Shown here one piece after another: positions 33,246-44,465 of a stretch of DNA of 59,329 nucleotides. The position numbers were made by a program, and so were the translations under genes. Source of the stretch: an uncultured delta proteobacterium (lineage in GTDB: Bacteria; Desulfobacterota; RBG-13-43-22); assembly GCA_963843145.1 (NCBI GenBank), contig CAWJJC010000032.1:1-59329 (forward strand), given 5' to 3'. The notes under the pieces are model-generated. The model saw nothing but the letters and a program-made list of their open reading frames with translations, ran no database searches and was not told the DNA's origin. The number at the start of each line of letters is the position of its first letter. Positions within the stretch are counted from its first letter, which is position 1.

Positions 33246-34391
33246 ATGGGAATCGAATGGATGCCAAGAGAAAACGAGGAAAAGAATCATGACCGCTATA
33301 GTGCCGAGCATTGGGGGACCCAGGCGCCCTGCACCATTTATGAAAAAAGGCCATTAAAAGACCCGAAGGGAAATGTAGTTCCCGGGCTGCATGTGGCCTG
33401 GATTACCCTCAATAACCCCGCCCAGTATAACTCTTACACCACGGAAATGGTGAAGGGCGTTATCGCCGGCTTTGAAAACGCTTCTACCGACCGCTCGGTG
33501 GTCTGTGTCATCTTTACCGGTACGGGTCCCTTTGCCTTCTGCACCGGCGGCAACACCAAGGAATATTCCGAATATTACAGCCGTCGCCCGGAAGAATATG
33601 GGGCCTATATGGAACTCTTCAACAACATGGTCGACGCCATCCTGGCCTGTAAAAAACCCGTGATTTCCCGGGTCAACGGCATGCGGGTGGCCGGCGGTCA
33701 GGAAATCGGCATGGCCTGCGATCTGGCCATCTCTTCGGATCTGGCCATTTATGGACAGGCCGGGCCACGGCACGGTTCCGCCCCGGACGGCGGTTCCTCC
33801 GACTTCCTGCCCTGGTTTCTGAGCATGGAAGACGCCATGTGGAACTGCGTCAGTTGCGAGATGTGGAGCGCTTACAAGATGAAGTCCAAGACCCTGATCT
33901 CCAAATGCGTGCCGGTTCTGAAGGATGAAAAAGGGAACTGGGTCCGCAATCCCCAGGTCATTACCGATCAGTATGTGGTGGATGGCGAGATCGTTTACGG
34001 GGAATTCAAAAAGGGCGACGAGTTCAAGAAGGCACGGGAGTGGGTAGGGGCAAAGCTGAAAGCCAATGACTATGACTTCGCCCTCCTGGATGCCGAAGTG
34101 GATAAAGTGGTCTGGACCTTTGCCAATCTTTTCCCGGGATGCCTGATCAAATCGGTCGATTCCATCCGGGCCAAAAAGAAATTCTTCTGGGATTATTCGA
34201 AGAACTACAATCGCCATTGGCTGGCGGCCAACATGATGGGCGAGGCCTTCCTCGGCTTTGGGGCCTTCAATACCAAGAAGATCACCGGCAAGGACGTGAT
34301 CGACTTCATCAAGTATCGGCAGAACATCGCGGAAGGCAAATTGCTGGACGAAACCTTCTTTACCGAGGTAATGGGCAAACCCCAAAAGTAA
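33246..34391 (+). CDS. oah: 6-oxocyclohex-1-ene-1-carbonyl-CoA hydrolase (Oah/BamA)
   Basis: NPAQYNSYTT, FCTGGNTKEYSEYY, GMRVAGGQEIG, QAGPRHGSAPDGG, WLAANM. Confidence 0.93.
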   Translation: MGIEWMPRENEEKNHDRYSAEHWGTQAPCTIYEKRPLKDPKGNVVPGLHVAWITLNNPAQYNSYTTEMVKGVIAGFENASTDRSVVCVIFTGTGPFAFCTGGNTKEYSEYYSRRPEEYGAYMELFNNMVDAILACKKPVISRVNGMRVAGGQEIGMACDLAISSDLAIYGQAGPRHGSAPDGGSSDFLPWFLSMEDAMWNCVSCEMWSAYKMKSKTLISKCVPVLKDEKGNWVRNPQVITDQYVVDGEIVYGEFKKGDEFKKAREWVGAKLKANDYDFALLDAEVDKVVWTFANLFPGCLIKSVDSIRAKKKFFWDYSKNYNRHWLAANMMGEAFLGFGAFNTKKITGKDVIDFIKYRQNIAEGKLLDETFFTEVMGKPQK

Positions 34392-34407
34392 TCCTTCTCT
34401 GAATCAC

Positions 34408-34442
34408 AAAAAAGCCCCTGGAAACCTCCAGGGGCTTTTTTT
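34408..34442 (+). terminator. Bidirectional intrinsic terminator
   Basis: aaaaaagcccctgga-aacc-tccaggggctttttt. Confidence 0.88.
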
Positions 34443-34464
34443 ATGAGACCGGAGTTCTTCTCTT

Positions 34465-34725
34465 TTAGTAGTTTCTTTTGATCCGCTCCACCCGCTCACC
34501 CGAGGAGCCCGACCCGGATACCACAAAAAAGACCAAGCCCTTAGAAGTGATACAGCGGGCCGAGGCCTGCTCATTTTCTTCGTTGGCGCCGAATATGGAT
34601 TGGTTGACAACCGAGAAATTCTTATAATAGCCGGTTTTGCGCAGGGCCTTCTCGGCATGTTCCAGGCATTCCTTTTCGTCAAAACTGGTGGCGCTCCAGG
34701 TAGTGGCAAATTTACACTGGGTCTG
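34465..34725 (-). pseudogene. Start-less protein-like reading frame (gene fragment)
   Basis: QTQCKFATTWSATSFDEKECLEHAEKALRKTGYYKNFSVVNQSIFG..SARCITSKGLVFFVVSG..*; bounded upstream by an in-frame TAA and has no ATG. Confidence 0.4.
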
Positions 34726-34959
34726 TTAGGAAAGTATCGGAAGATTTATCCTCTCAAATCCTGACTTCTAACTCTTTTGTTCCGCAGGATTTCCATCATC
34801 TATTCTAAATTAAAAAGATCTGCAAGCATTTCCTTCCCATCTCCAATTTGTAATTCTCTTAGATGAATTAGCGGTGAACGTAGTTTTGCACCAATTTGTA
34901 ACGGAATTTGTAAATGTCATATTAAGAAATCTATCATAACCGGAACTCAACCCGAAAAA

Positions 34960-35856
34960 TCACCTTTCCCCTTCATAGCCGAATCGTTTGATCAATTTGG
35001 GGTTCTTCCGCCAGTTTTTTTCCACCCGCACCCAAAGCTCCAAAAAGACCTGGCTGCCCAAAAGGGGCTCCATGCTTTCCCGCGCTGATTGACCGATCTT
35101 TTTCAAAAGATTTCCGCCCTTGCCGATCAGAATCCCTTTTTGAGAGTCCCGTTCCACATGGATGGTGGCCTGAATATGAATGATCGGTTTGTCTTCGCGC
35201 CGCTGGAAGGAATCCACCGTCACCGCCGCCGCGTAAGGGACCTCTTTGGAAAGTAATCGAAAAACCTTTTCCCGGATCAGTTCTTCCACCAGAAATTGTT
35301 CCGGCAAATCCGTAATCATATCATCGGGAAAATATCGGGGCCCTTCGGGAAGCAAGGCCAGAATTTCCTTTTCCAGCAAGTCCAGACCATCCCCGGTCAG
35401 AGCCGACAAGGGAATGATCTCCTTAAAGGGGAAAGCCCGGTTAGCCTTTTCGATCAACGGCAGCAATCTCGCTTTATCAATCAGGTCTACCTTGTTGATA
35501 ATCAGGAAAACCGGGGTCTCCCTGATTTTCAGCCGGCCCGCCGCCGTTTCGGGAAGCTGAACCATCCCGGAAAAGGGCTCGATCATGAGCAGGACCAAAT
35601 TGACTTCGCTCAACGTTTTCAGGGCCGCTTGCACAATGTTTCGATCCAACAGGCTGGTAGCGGAAAATATACCGGGGGTGTCCAGAAAAATAATCTGTCC
35701 GCCGGGAAGGTGTTTAACCCCCAGAATCCGGTTGCGGGTAGTCTGGGGTTTGGGAGAAACAATGGAAATCTTCTGACCCAACAGGGCATTCATCAGGGTA
35801 GACTTGCCCACGTTGGGCGCCCCGATTATGGCTACGAATCCGGATTGATAGGGCAT
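34960..35856 (-). CDS. era: GTPase Era
   Basis: GAPNVGKS, PQTTR, DTPG, NKVD, KH domain SQKGILIGKGG. Confidence 0.97.
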   Translation of the reverse strand: MPYQSGFVAIIGAPNVGKSTLMNALLGQKISIVSPKPQTTRNRILGVKHLPGGQIIFLDTPGIFSATSLLDRNIVQAALKTLSEVNLVLLMIEPFSGMVQLPETAAGRLKIRETPVFLIINKVDLIDKARLLPLIEKANRAFPFKEIIPLSALTGDGLDLLEKEILALLPEGPRYFPDDMITDLPEQFLVEELIREKVFRLLSKEVPYAAAVTVDSFQRREDKPIIHIQATIHVERDSQKGILIGKGGNLLKKIGQSARESMEPLLGSQVFLELWVRVEKNWRKNPKLIKRFGYEGER

Positions 35857-35915
35857 GATGATTTAGACCTCTCGTATCATTTTTTAAGCCTTTGAAAATT
35901 CGAAATCCGAAAGGT

Positions 35916-35998
35916 GTCATTCCCGCGGCGTTTCTGAGCGGGAATCCAGGCTTTTTTTAAGAACCACTGGATCCCCGATAAAAGCCTTCGGGGATGAC
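35916..35998. repeat. GTCAT..ATGAC palindromic element
   Basis: gtcattcccgcg..gcgggaatccag..ctggatccccga..tcggggatgac. Confidence 0.8.
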
Positions 35999-36031
35999 GA
36001 GAAATTACCGGGATAAATAACTGAGGAACCG

Positions 36032-37120
36032 TCAATACGTTGCCACTTCATTAAGCCCGGCGAAGCGGAGTTCCCATTTTCCGCGCGGCAGTGTGGAATC
36101 GGCCTCCACCTGCAACTGTGAGATTCCCAGATCGGTTTTCAGTTTTTTTAAATTTTCCCGGTTATTTCCGGTCAAGAATCCGATATCCCGTCCGGATACC
36201 CGCAGTGCAAGATCGGTCTCCCGGAAAATGTTTCGCCGGTTTAAATCCTTTCTGATCTTCATCAAAAACAATTCTCCGCGAACCAGGTCGCCAAAAGCCG
36301 GGTGATAGGGACCGGCCAAGAAGTCTTTGCCCGGGGACATTCGCTCGTGGTTTTGAAGGCCCAGCCGAATGACCGGAATGCCCGCTTTTTCCAAGCGACC
36401 CACCGCCCAGCAGCAGAGAGAAACGGCCTCCTCCAGGGCCAAAGGGGTGTAATGCCCTGTTTCAACCCACTGGGCCAGAACCGTTTCGGGGAATACCAGG
36501 GTGGGATAAATCCGGACCAGGTCCGGCTTCAGGCCTCTTACCTCCCGGATGGTCTGCTTGAATTCTTCCGGGGTATCGCCGGGCAGACCAGCCATCAACT
36601 GGATCCCCACGGCCAGAGAAAATTTTTTTAACAGCCGAACGGCTTGGAAACAATTCTCGACGGAATACCCCCTTTGGGAGCGCTCCAGGGCCTGATCATT
36701 CAGGGACTGGACCCCCAGTTCGACCGTTTCCACCCCGGCAGCCTTTAAGCGCACCAGAACCTTCTCTGACAGGGCATCGGGGCGTGTGGAGAAGCGGATG
36801 GCCGCTACCCTCCCTTCCCGGATGTAGTGAGCGGCCCAGGCGAGCAGGTCCTCTCGGACTGCCGCGGGAAGCAGGGTGAAAGTTCCACCATAGAAGGCCA
36901 GCTCAACCCGCTGACCGGGAGACCGCCGCCGGGAATTCAACCCGGATTCCACCAGGGCAGAAAAATCCGCCCGATGAATCTCAGGTCGAATGGTTTGGGT
37001 GATTTTTTCCTGATGGCAGTAAATACAGCGGAAAGGACAGCCCCACTGGGGAAGGAAAACGGGGATGATGAATGGTTTTTGATTAATCAGTGACAACCTC
37101 CCAGAACCGCGTTGCCGCAA
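36032..37120 (-). CDS. Radical SAM protein (Elp3/YhcC-like)
   Basis: IIPVF..GCPFRCIYC, FYGGTFT, STRPD, ELGVQS, RIYPT, GPYHPAF. Confidence 0.9.
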   Translation of the reverse strand: MRQRGSGRLSLINQKPFIIPVFLPQWGCPFRCIYCHQEKITQTIRPEIHRADFSALVESGLNSRRRSPGQRVELAFYGGTFTLLPAAVREDLLAWAAHYIREGRVAAIRFSTRPDALSEKVLVRLKAAGVETVELGVQSLNDQALERSQRGYSVENCFQAVRLLKKFSLAVGIQLMAGLPGDTPEEFKQTIREVRGLKPDLVRIYPTLVFPETVLAQWVETGHYTPLALEEAVSLCCWAVGRLEKAGIPVIRLGLQNHERMSPGKDFLAGPYHPAFGDLVRGELFLMKIRKDLNRRNIFRETDLALRVSGRDIGFLTGNNRENLKKLKTDLGISQLQVEADSTLPRGKWELRFAGLNEVATY

Positions 37121-37262
37121 CTAAATCCGAAATTCGAAGCACGAAATCCGAAACAAGCACGAAGGTTCCAAATCCAAATGATCAAAACAAAAACGTTTTG
37201 AATTTTGAAATTTGATCATTTAAATTTGTTTCGGATTTCGGATTTCGAGTTTCGAATTTAAG
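37121..37262. repeat. CGAAATC-heptamer inverted-repeat element
   Basis: cgaaattcgaagcacgaaatccgaaacaa..ttgtttcggatttcggatttcgagtttcgaattt; partial arms near 35897-35912 and 53460-53487. Confidence 0.75.
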
Positions 37263-37283
37263 AATTTAGATAGTGTAACGTCC

Positions 37284-38012
37284 TTAACCCAACACTGACG
37301 GGTCCTTTTTCCTGATCTTAACCATAGCCCTCTCGGCCGCCTGCTGTTCCGCCGCTTTTTTGGAATGTCCTTTCCCCTGCCCGATGACCTGCTTCCCAAT
37401 TCGGACCTTCACGTAAAAGACCTTTTCATGGGCGGGCCCTTCCTCTCGAATCACCTCATAGGAAGGGGTGATCTTCAAACAACCCTGGCAATATTCCTGT
37501 AAATCGGTTTTAGAATCCAGGGCCGGACCCGAAACCTCTTGGCCCGCTTCCAGACGGGGACGGTACAGGTCCCGGATCAACCGGAAGGCCTGATCATAGC
37601 CACCCTCCAAGTAGACCGCTCCGAGGATGGCCTCCAAGGCGTCGGCCAACAGGGAGGACTTCTTGCGGCCGCCGGTGACCTCTTCCCCTCGGCCCAATCG
37701 AAGATATTTCCCCAGTTTCAAGCCCTGGGCCAATAGTTTCAGTTGCTGTTCGTTGACCAGACCGGCCCGCAATCTGGAAAGCTCCCCCTCGGAAAGATCG
37801 GGAAACATCTGGTAGAGCTGATGGCTCAGCACCAAACCCAGGACCGTATCCCCTAAAAACTCCAGCCTCTCATTGTGTACGGTTCCCGGATCTCCATCTT
37901 CGTGGGCATAAGACCGGTGGGTCAGGGCCTTAATCAATAGTTCCGGGTTCTTAAAAACATATTGGAGCTGGGCCTGTAAGGGGTTAAGGTTTTTAGGATC
38001 TGAAGAATTCAT
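37284..38012 (-). CDS. rnc: Ribonuclease III
   Basis: ALTHRSY, NERLEFLGD, LADALEAILGA, dsRBD; upstream of era. Confidence 0.97.
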   Translation of the reverse strand: MNSSDPKNLNPLQAQLQYVFKNPELLIKALTHRSYAHEDGDPGTVHNERLEFLGDTVLGLVLSHQLYQMFPDLSEGELSRLRAGLVNEQQLKLLAQGLKLGKYLRLGRGEEVTGGRKKSSLLADALEAILGAVYLEGGYDQAFRLIRDLYRPRLEAGQEVSGPALDSKTDLQEYCQGCLKITPSYEVIREEGPAHEKVFYVKVRIGKQVIGQGKGHSKKAAEQQAAERAMVKIRKKDPSVLG

Positions 38013-38193
38013 GAAGTCCGTCAATTTTGTTCCCAAGTGTAAGGCCTTCCGCTATTTTTTTCAATCATTTCCTCTAATAGAGCTATTTTCGCCTCTCACC
38101 CGTTTTTAGACTTTGAGAAAAAAAGTACAGTATTTACTTGACCCTCGGGTCGGTATATGTTATTGAAGCATTTTTTATAATAATTATTAGTGG

Positions 38194-38739
38194 TTGGGGA
38201 TACTGATGAAGGGCAAAAAGAAGACCATTCTCGATGCTCAGGGAATCCAGTCGACCCTGGAAACCATAACTGAAAGAATTCTGGCGGACTTTCCTGACTC
38301 CGATGACTTGATTCTCATCGGTATTCGGACCGGAGGGGCATTCCTGGCCGACCGCCTCCGGGAGTTGATCCTCTCCCAAAAAGAAACAGAGGTGGTCACC
38401 GGAGTTCTGGACATCACCCTCTACCGGGACGATTGGACCCGCATCAACCATAAACCCATTGTCGGGAAGACCGATGTGCCGGTTTCTCTGGACAATAAAG
38501 TCGTTATTTTGGTGGACGACGTCCTATACACCGGCCGGACCGTCAGGGCCGCCCTGGATGCCCTGATCGATTTCGGTCGCCCGCGACGGATCGCCCTGGT
38601 CGTCCTGGTCGATCGGGGAGGGCGGGAATTACCCATCTGCGCCGACTATACCGGGACCCTAGTCCAGATCCGTCCCCAAGAGCGGGTCAACGTCTATTTC
38701 AAGGAACTAAATCAATCAGATCAGGTAGTTATAGAATAG
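38194..38739 (+). CDS. pyrR: Pyrimidine regulatory protein/uracil phosphoribosyltransferase
   Basis: LDITLYRDD, VDDVLYTGRTVRAALD, DRGGRELPI. Confidence 0.94.
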   Translation: MGILMKGKKKTILDAQGIQSTLETITERILADFPDSDDLILIGIRTGGAFLADRLRELILSQKETEVVTGVLDITLYRDDWTRINHKPIVGKTDVPVSLDNKVVILVDDVLYTGRTVRAALDALIDFGRPRRIALVVLVDRGGRELPICADYTGTLVQIRPQERVNVYFKELNQSDQVVIE

Positions 38740-38830
38740 CCCCCTTGAAACGGAACTTTTTGTTTGACATAAAAATTTCTTGTACGTTATATAACATCAC
38801 AACTTATTGATTAATGGACAGGAGTACCTA

Positions 38831-41800
38831 ATGGTTGCACCTAAAAAACATTCCCGTACCGACAAGGTGGGAGCGGTGCTGGTCGTTGGCGGTGGTATTG
38901 CCGGTATGCAAGCCGCCCTGGACTTAGCCAACTCCGGTTTTTACGTTTATTTAGTGGAGAAATCGGCCTCCATTGGCGGCGGAATGTCCCAGTTGGACAA
39001 GACCTTCCCCACCAATGATTGCGCCATGTGAATTATCTCACCCAAGTTGGTCGAGGTCGGCCGACACATCAACATCGAATTGCTTACCTATGGCGGAACT
39101 CACCGCCATCTCCGGGGAAGAAGGGAATTTTGAAGTCCAGGTACTGCAAAAGCCCCGGTATATCGATATGGACAAATGTATCGCCTGCGGGTCTCTGTTC
39201 CGAAAAGTGCCCCCAGAGAATCAAGGACGAGTATAACGAAGGCCTAGGGCCCCGCAAGGCGGCTTATGTCCAGTATGCCCAGGCCGTACCCCTGAAATAC
39301 GTCATCGATTCCGGAAATTGTATTTATTTTCTTAAAGGGAAGTGCCGGGCCTGCGAAAAGTTTTGCCCCACCCAGGCGGTAAATTTTCAAGAGCAGCCCA
39401 AAGAATTGAGCTTGAACGTGGGCTCCATCATTCTGTCGTCGGGATTCAAATGCTACGATCCCACCCTGTATGACGCTTACGCCTACGCCAAAATGCCCAA
39501 CGTGGTCACGGCCATGGAATACGAGCGGATCCTGGCCGCCTCCGGTCCCTTCATGGGTCACCTGGTCCGACCCTCCGATCACAAGGAACCGAAAAAAATC
39601 GCCTGGCTGCAATGCGTGGGTTCCCGGGACATCAATCACTGCGACCATGGATACTGCTCGGCCGTCTGCTGCATGTACGCCATCAAAGAGGCCATGATTT
39701 CCAAGGAACACAGCAAAGAGGGCTTGGAGGCCACTGTCTTTTTCATGGATATCCGCTCCCACGGCAAAGACTTCGAACGTTATTACAACAAAGCCAAGGA
39801 TCAGGGAATCCGGTTTATCCGATCCCGGATCCATACGGTGGACCCGTTGCCCGAGAGCAACGACCTGCGCATCTCCTATATTACCGAAAACGGCCAGGTG
39901 GTCACCGAAGATTTTGATATGGTCGTCCTCTCCGTGGGACTGGAAACCCCCAAAGAAAGCCTGGATCTTTTCCAGAAATTGGGGATCGGCGGTGAATGCC
40001 AACCAGTTCGTGGAAAAAAGTAGTTTCACCCCGGTGGAAACCTCGGTCTCGGGGATTTATGCCTGCGGGGTGGTGCAGGGCCCGAAAGACATCCCCCAAT
40101 CGGTCATCGAGGCCAGCGCCGCCGCCTGCGCCGCGGCTCGCAATTTGGCTTCGGCCCGAAATACCCTGACCAGCGAAAAACAGATCCCCAAGCCCCGAGT
40201 AGTGGCCGGTGAACGCCCTCGGATCGGGGTTTTTGTCTGTGATTGCGGCATCAATATCGCCGGGGTCGTTCGGGTGCCCGAGGTGGTGGAATACGCCAGG
40301 ACCCTGCCTTATGTGGAATTGGTGGATGAAAACCTTTTTTCCTGTTCCCAGGATACCCAGGAAAAAATCAAGGGGGTTATCCGGGACAACCGGCTGAACC
40401 GCATTGTAGTGGCGGCCTGTACCCCCCGAACCCACGAACCTCTTTTTCAGGAAACCTTGATCGATTCGGGCCTGAACAAGTATCTCTTTGAAATGGCCAA
40501 CATTCGTAATCAGGACTCCTGGGTCCATTCCAATGACCCGGAGGCCGCTACCGTCAAAGCCAAGGACCTGGTTCGCATGGCTGTGGCCAAGGCGTCGCTT
40601 TTGGAACCCCTGCAGGATACCCTCGTGGAAGTTACCCATTCCGGTCTGGTGGTTGGAGGCGGAATAGCCGGACTTACAGCCGCCTTGGAATTGGCCGACC
40701 AGGGCTACCCGGTCTTCCTGGTGGATAAAGCCTCTCGGCTTGGCGGCCAGGCCCTGCAGTTGAACACTACCTGGCGCGGAGAAGACATCCAAACCTATCT
40801 GGCCGGACTAATAAAAAAAGTAGAAGAACATCCCGCAGATCAAGACTTATCTGGGACACCGAATCCTCGATGCGGGTGGCTTCGTAGGCCAATTCACGAC
40901 CCGGCTGGTCCGGGTCGACGACGGTTCCGAACCGACAGAACTCCAGCATGGCATTGTGGTCATCGCCACCGGGGCCCAGGAGCTCAAACCTGATGAATAC
41001 GCCTATGGCCAGGATCCACGGGTGATGACCCATCTGGAGCTGGACCAAAAGATGGCCGAAAAGGATCCTTTGGTCGGAAAAAGCCAATTCCGTGGCTTTT
41101 ATCCAATGCGTGGGTTCCCGTGAACCGGAGCGGCCTTACTGCAGCCGGGTCTGTTGTACCCATTCGGTTCACTCGGCCCTGAAACTCAAGGAAGAAAACC
41201 CCGAACGGGACATTTATATCCTTTACCGCGATCTGCGAACCTATGGGGAACGGGAGGATCTCTACAAGCAGGCCCGACAGGCCGGGATCATCTTCATTCG
41301 CTACTCCTTAGAAAACAAACCCCGGGTGACCGTTGACACCGGAGGGCTTGAACGATCACCGTTTTGGATCATATCCTCAGTCAGGAAGTCCAGATCCAAA
41401 CCGACCTCTTAGGTCTGGCGTCGGCTATCATCTTCCTATAAAGATCAGGAGCTGGCCCAGTTCTTCAAAGTCCCTTTGAATGAAGACGGGTTTTTCGTGG
41501 AAGCCCATGCCAAGCTGCGGCCGGTGGACTTCGCCACCGACGGGGTCTTTCTTTGCGGTCTGGCCCATTATCCCAAACCGGTGGATGAATCCATTGCCCA
41601 GGCCCAGGCGGCCGTTGCCCGGGCCGTCACCCTGCTATCCAGCCTGAAGATCGAGGTCAGCGGGACCGTGGCCCTGACCAACCAGGCCATCTGCAGCCGT
41701 TGCGGAGTCTGTGTGGCTATTTGTCCGTACTCGGCGCCCGGCTGGAACGAGAAAACCAATAAAGCGGAGATCAATCCGGCCCTTTGCAAGGGCTGCGGCC

Positions 41801-41886
41801 TTTGTGTGGCCTCCTGCCGTTCCGGGGCCATCACCTTGAAGGGATTCAACCAGGACCAGATATTCGCCATGATCGACGCCGCCTAG
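38831..41886 (+). CDS. hdrA: Large HdrA-like flavoprotein; probable selenocysteine at UGA 39029-39031; several frameshifts
   Basis: Two VVGGGIAG FAD motifs, LDKTFPTNDCAM-U-IISPKL, two QCVGSR..YCS motifs, AACTPRTHE, EAHAKLRP, C-terminal 2x[4Fe-4S]. Confidence 0.9.
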
Positions 41887-41980
41887 AATTTGGACGAAAG
41901 ACGCGTCCAAATTCTAGATAAAAAAAACCTAGTAACGCTTCGCGCTCCGCGCTCTGCGCCAAGCGCAAAAAGGATTTGTC

Positions 41981-42420
41981 ATGAGTGAACCGTTTGAACC
42001 AAAAATTATTGCCTTTTTTTGCAACTGGTGCACCTACGGGGGGGCCGATCTGGCCGGGGTCAGCCGATTGCAATATCCCCCGAATATCCGCGTCATCCGG
42101 ATCCCCTGCACGGGCCGTCTGGATCCCAAATTCATCCTGGCGGCTTTTCGCCACGGGGCGGACGGCGTCTGGGTTTCCGGCTGCCACCCGGGAGATTGCC
42201 ATTTCATCGCCGGCAACTATTACGCCCGGACGAAAATTCGCCCTGTTCAAGGGCCTCCTGGAGCACATGGGTATTCGAACCGGGGCGTCTGCAATTTTCC
42301 TGGGTATCATCGGCGGAGGCCACCAAGTTTCAACAGGTGGTTACCGAGGTTACCGAAGCGATATCAAGGCCCTGGGGCCGGCCCCACATTTCATCGAAAA
42401 ATTTGGCTGAGGTGGCATAA
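41981..42420 (+). CDS. mvhD: MvhD/FlxD [2Fe-2S] subunit; frameshifted
   Basis: [36 protein letters not shown]. Confidence 0.9.
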
Positions 42421-43371
42421 ATGATGAATTATACGGAAAAAATACAGGAAGCAGCCAAAAGACTCCTCGCCGAGGGGAAGGTGGATGTCGTCATCGGCTA
42501 CCGCCGGGGCACCGTCCCCATGATGAACGAACCGATCCAGATCCGCCGGGCCGAGCAGGCGGATCAGCTTTACTGGGATTCCTTCTGCGGCGTTAATCTG
42601 GCCAATTATCTTCCCAAGCGCACCGAACGGATCGCCATCGTGGCCAAGGGTTGCGACAGCCGAAATATCGTCGTCCACCTCCAGGAAGGCCAGATCAAGC
42701 GGGACCAACTGGTTATCCTCGGCGCTCCCTGCCAGGGGCATGCTGGACCGCCGCAAGGTTTGGGTTGGGCTGGCGGGGCGGGAACCCTTGGAGGTCCGGG
42801 AGGAAAGGGATCAGGTCCTGGTGGAGGGAAGTGGGTTTGAAGAGCGTTTTCCCCGGACGGAGTTGCTCCAGGACAATTGCGCCATCTGTATCCATCGGAA
42901 TCCGGTTATTTATGATGAACTTTTAGGCGAGCTGGTCCCGGAGCAGACTGGGGTGGACCGATACGAAGATATCCGGGCCGTGGAGGCCATGACTCCGGAG
43001 GAGAAGTGGCAATATTTCGAGAGATTGATCGAACCCTGCATCCGCTGTTACGCCTGTCGGAATGCCTGTCCCCAGTGTTACTGCCCCCTGTGCTTTGTGG
43101 ACGAATCCAAACCTCAATGGGTGGGAAGAGCCTGGATAAAACGGACCTCCGGACCTTTCATTTCCTGCGGGCCTTTCACCTGGCCGGCCGCTGCACCGAC
43201 TGCGGGGCCTGCGAACGGGCCTGCCCGGTAGGGATCAAGGTCCGGCAGTTTACCAAGAAACTGGAAAAGGACGTCTGGGAGCGTTATCAGTTCGAAGCCG
43301 GGGTTATCGTCGAGGGCCGCCCGCCCCTGGATGTCTTCCTGCCCGATGACCCCGAGGAATTTATCAAATAA
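42421..43371 (+). CDS. FlxC-like 4Fe-4S protein; frameshifted
   Basis: [39 protein letters not shown]. Confidence 0.82.
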
Positions 43372-43397
43372 TACCCATACGGACTAAGGACCTGACC

Positions 43398-44452
43398 ATG
43401 ACTACCAAGAATCATTGCCAAGAAAGATTTCGCCGCCTGGTTAACGCCGTCTCCGCAGAGTTTCGATTGATCGGACCGGTGCGGCAGGGGGATCAGTTTA
43501 ATTTCATCCCCCTGAGCCGAAGGGAACGAGCCCGATTTTTCCTTTCAGAATACACGGCTCTCTCCCAAGGCAATTGGTTCAGCCGCCCTCGGAGCGGATG
43601 TTTCAATTCAGCCTGGAACCCGGCCGATCCGGAAGCCCATATCTTGAAAGAAGTCCCCCTGGGATGAGACGCCCCGCCTTTTGTTAGGCGTCCGCCCCTG
43701 CGACGCCCGGGCGCTAAAGCTGGTGGCATAAATTTTGATCAACCCCGGAGTACCGGACCCCTGGTGGAAACATGGACGTGACCGCTCGACCTCTGGTGGG
43801 ACTGGGTTGCAACCAGCCCTGTTCCACCTGTTTCTGCACTTCGGTGGGCGGCGGCCCTTTTAATCCGATCGGATTGGATGTCCTGCTGACCGATTTGGGT
43901 GCGACCTACCTGGTCCAGGCCGTGACCGAAAAGGGCGAAGCTCTGCTTCAAGGAAGGCCCGGGGAAGCCGAAGCGACATGCCGACGATCAACGCAGCAGG
44001 CGGAAACCCTGACCAAGGAAGCCGAAGAACGCCCTGCCCACCCAGGTAGCCATCGACCGGCTGAAGGATCAACCCCTGTTGCCCCTGTTCAACGCCCCCT
44101 TCTGGGAAGAGGTGCAGTTTTCCTGCATCAATTGCGGCACCTGTACCTATCTCTGCCCCACCTGCTGGTGTTTTGACATCCAGGACGAAGTGGAAGGGAC
44201 CCAGGGACTGCGAATGCGAAATTGGGATGCCTGCATGTATCCGCTGTTCACCCTGCACGGTTCCGGCCACAATCCCCGAGAGCAGAAGCTGCAGCGGGTC
44301 CGGCAGCGATTCATGCATAAACTAAAATATTACGTGGACAAATACGGTAACGGGGTGGCCTGCGTGGGCTGCGGCCGGTGCGTCCAGTTCTGCCCGGTCA
44401 ATATCGATATCCGGCGCGTCTGCAACTTATGAACGCCTTTGAGGCGAAATAG
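43398..44452 (+). CDS. FlxB-like (AsrA-type) 4Fe-4S protein; frameshifted
   Basis: GVRPCD, CSTCFC, CINCGTCTYLCPTCWCF, RFMHK, CVGCGRCVQFCP. Confidence 0.82.
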
Positions 44453-44465
44453 AGGGGGTGTCTTC

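Noticed and set aside
38740-38830. PyrR attenuator or pyr operon after pyrR
   Set aside because: No pyrB or other pyr genes follow and no PyrR-binding loop was recognised; the next gene is hdrA.
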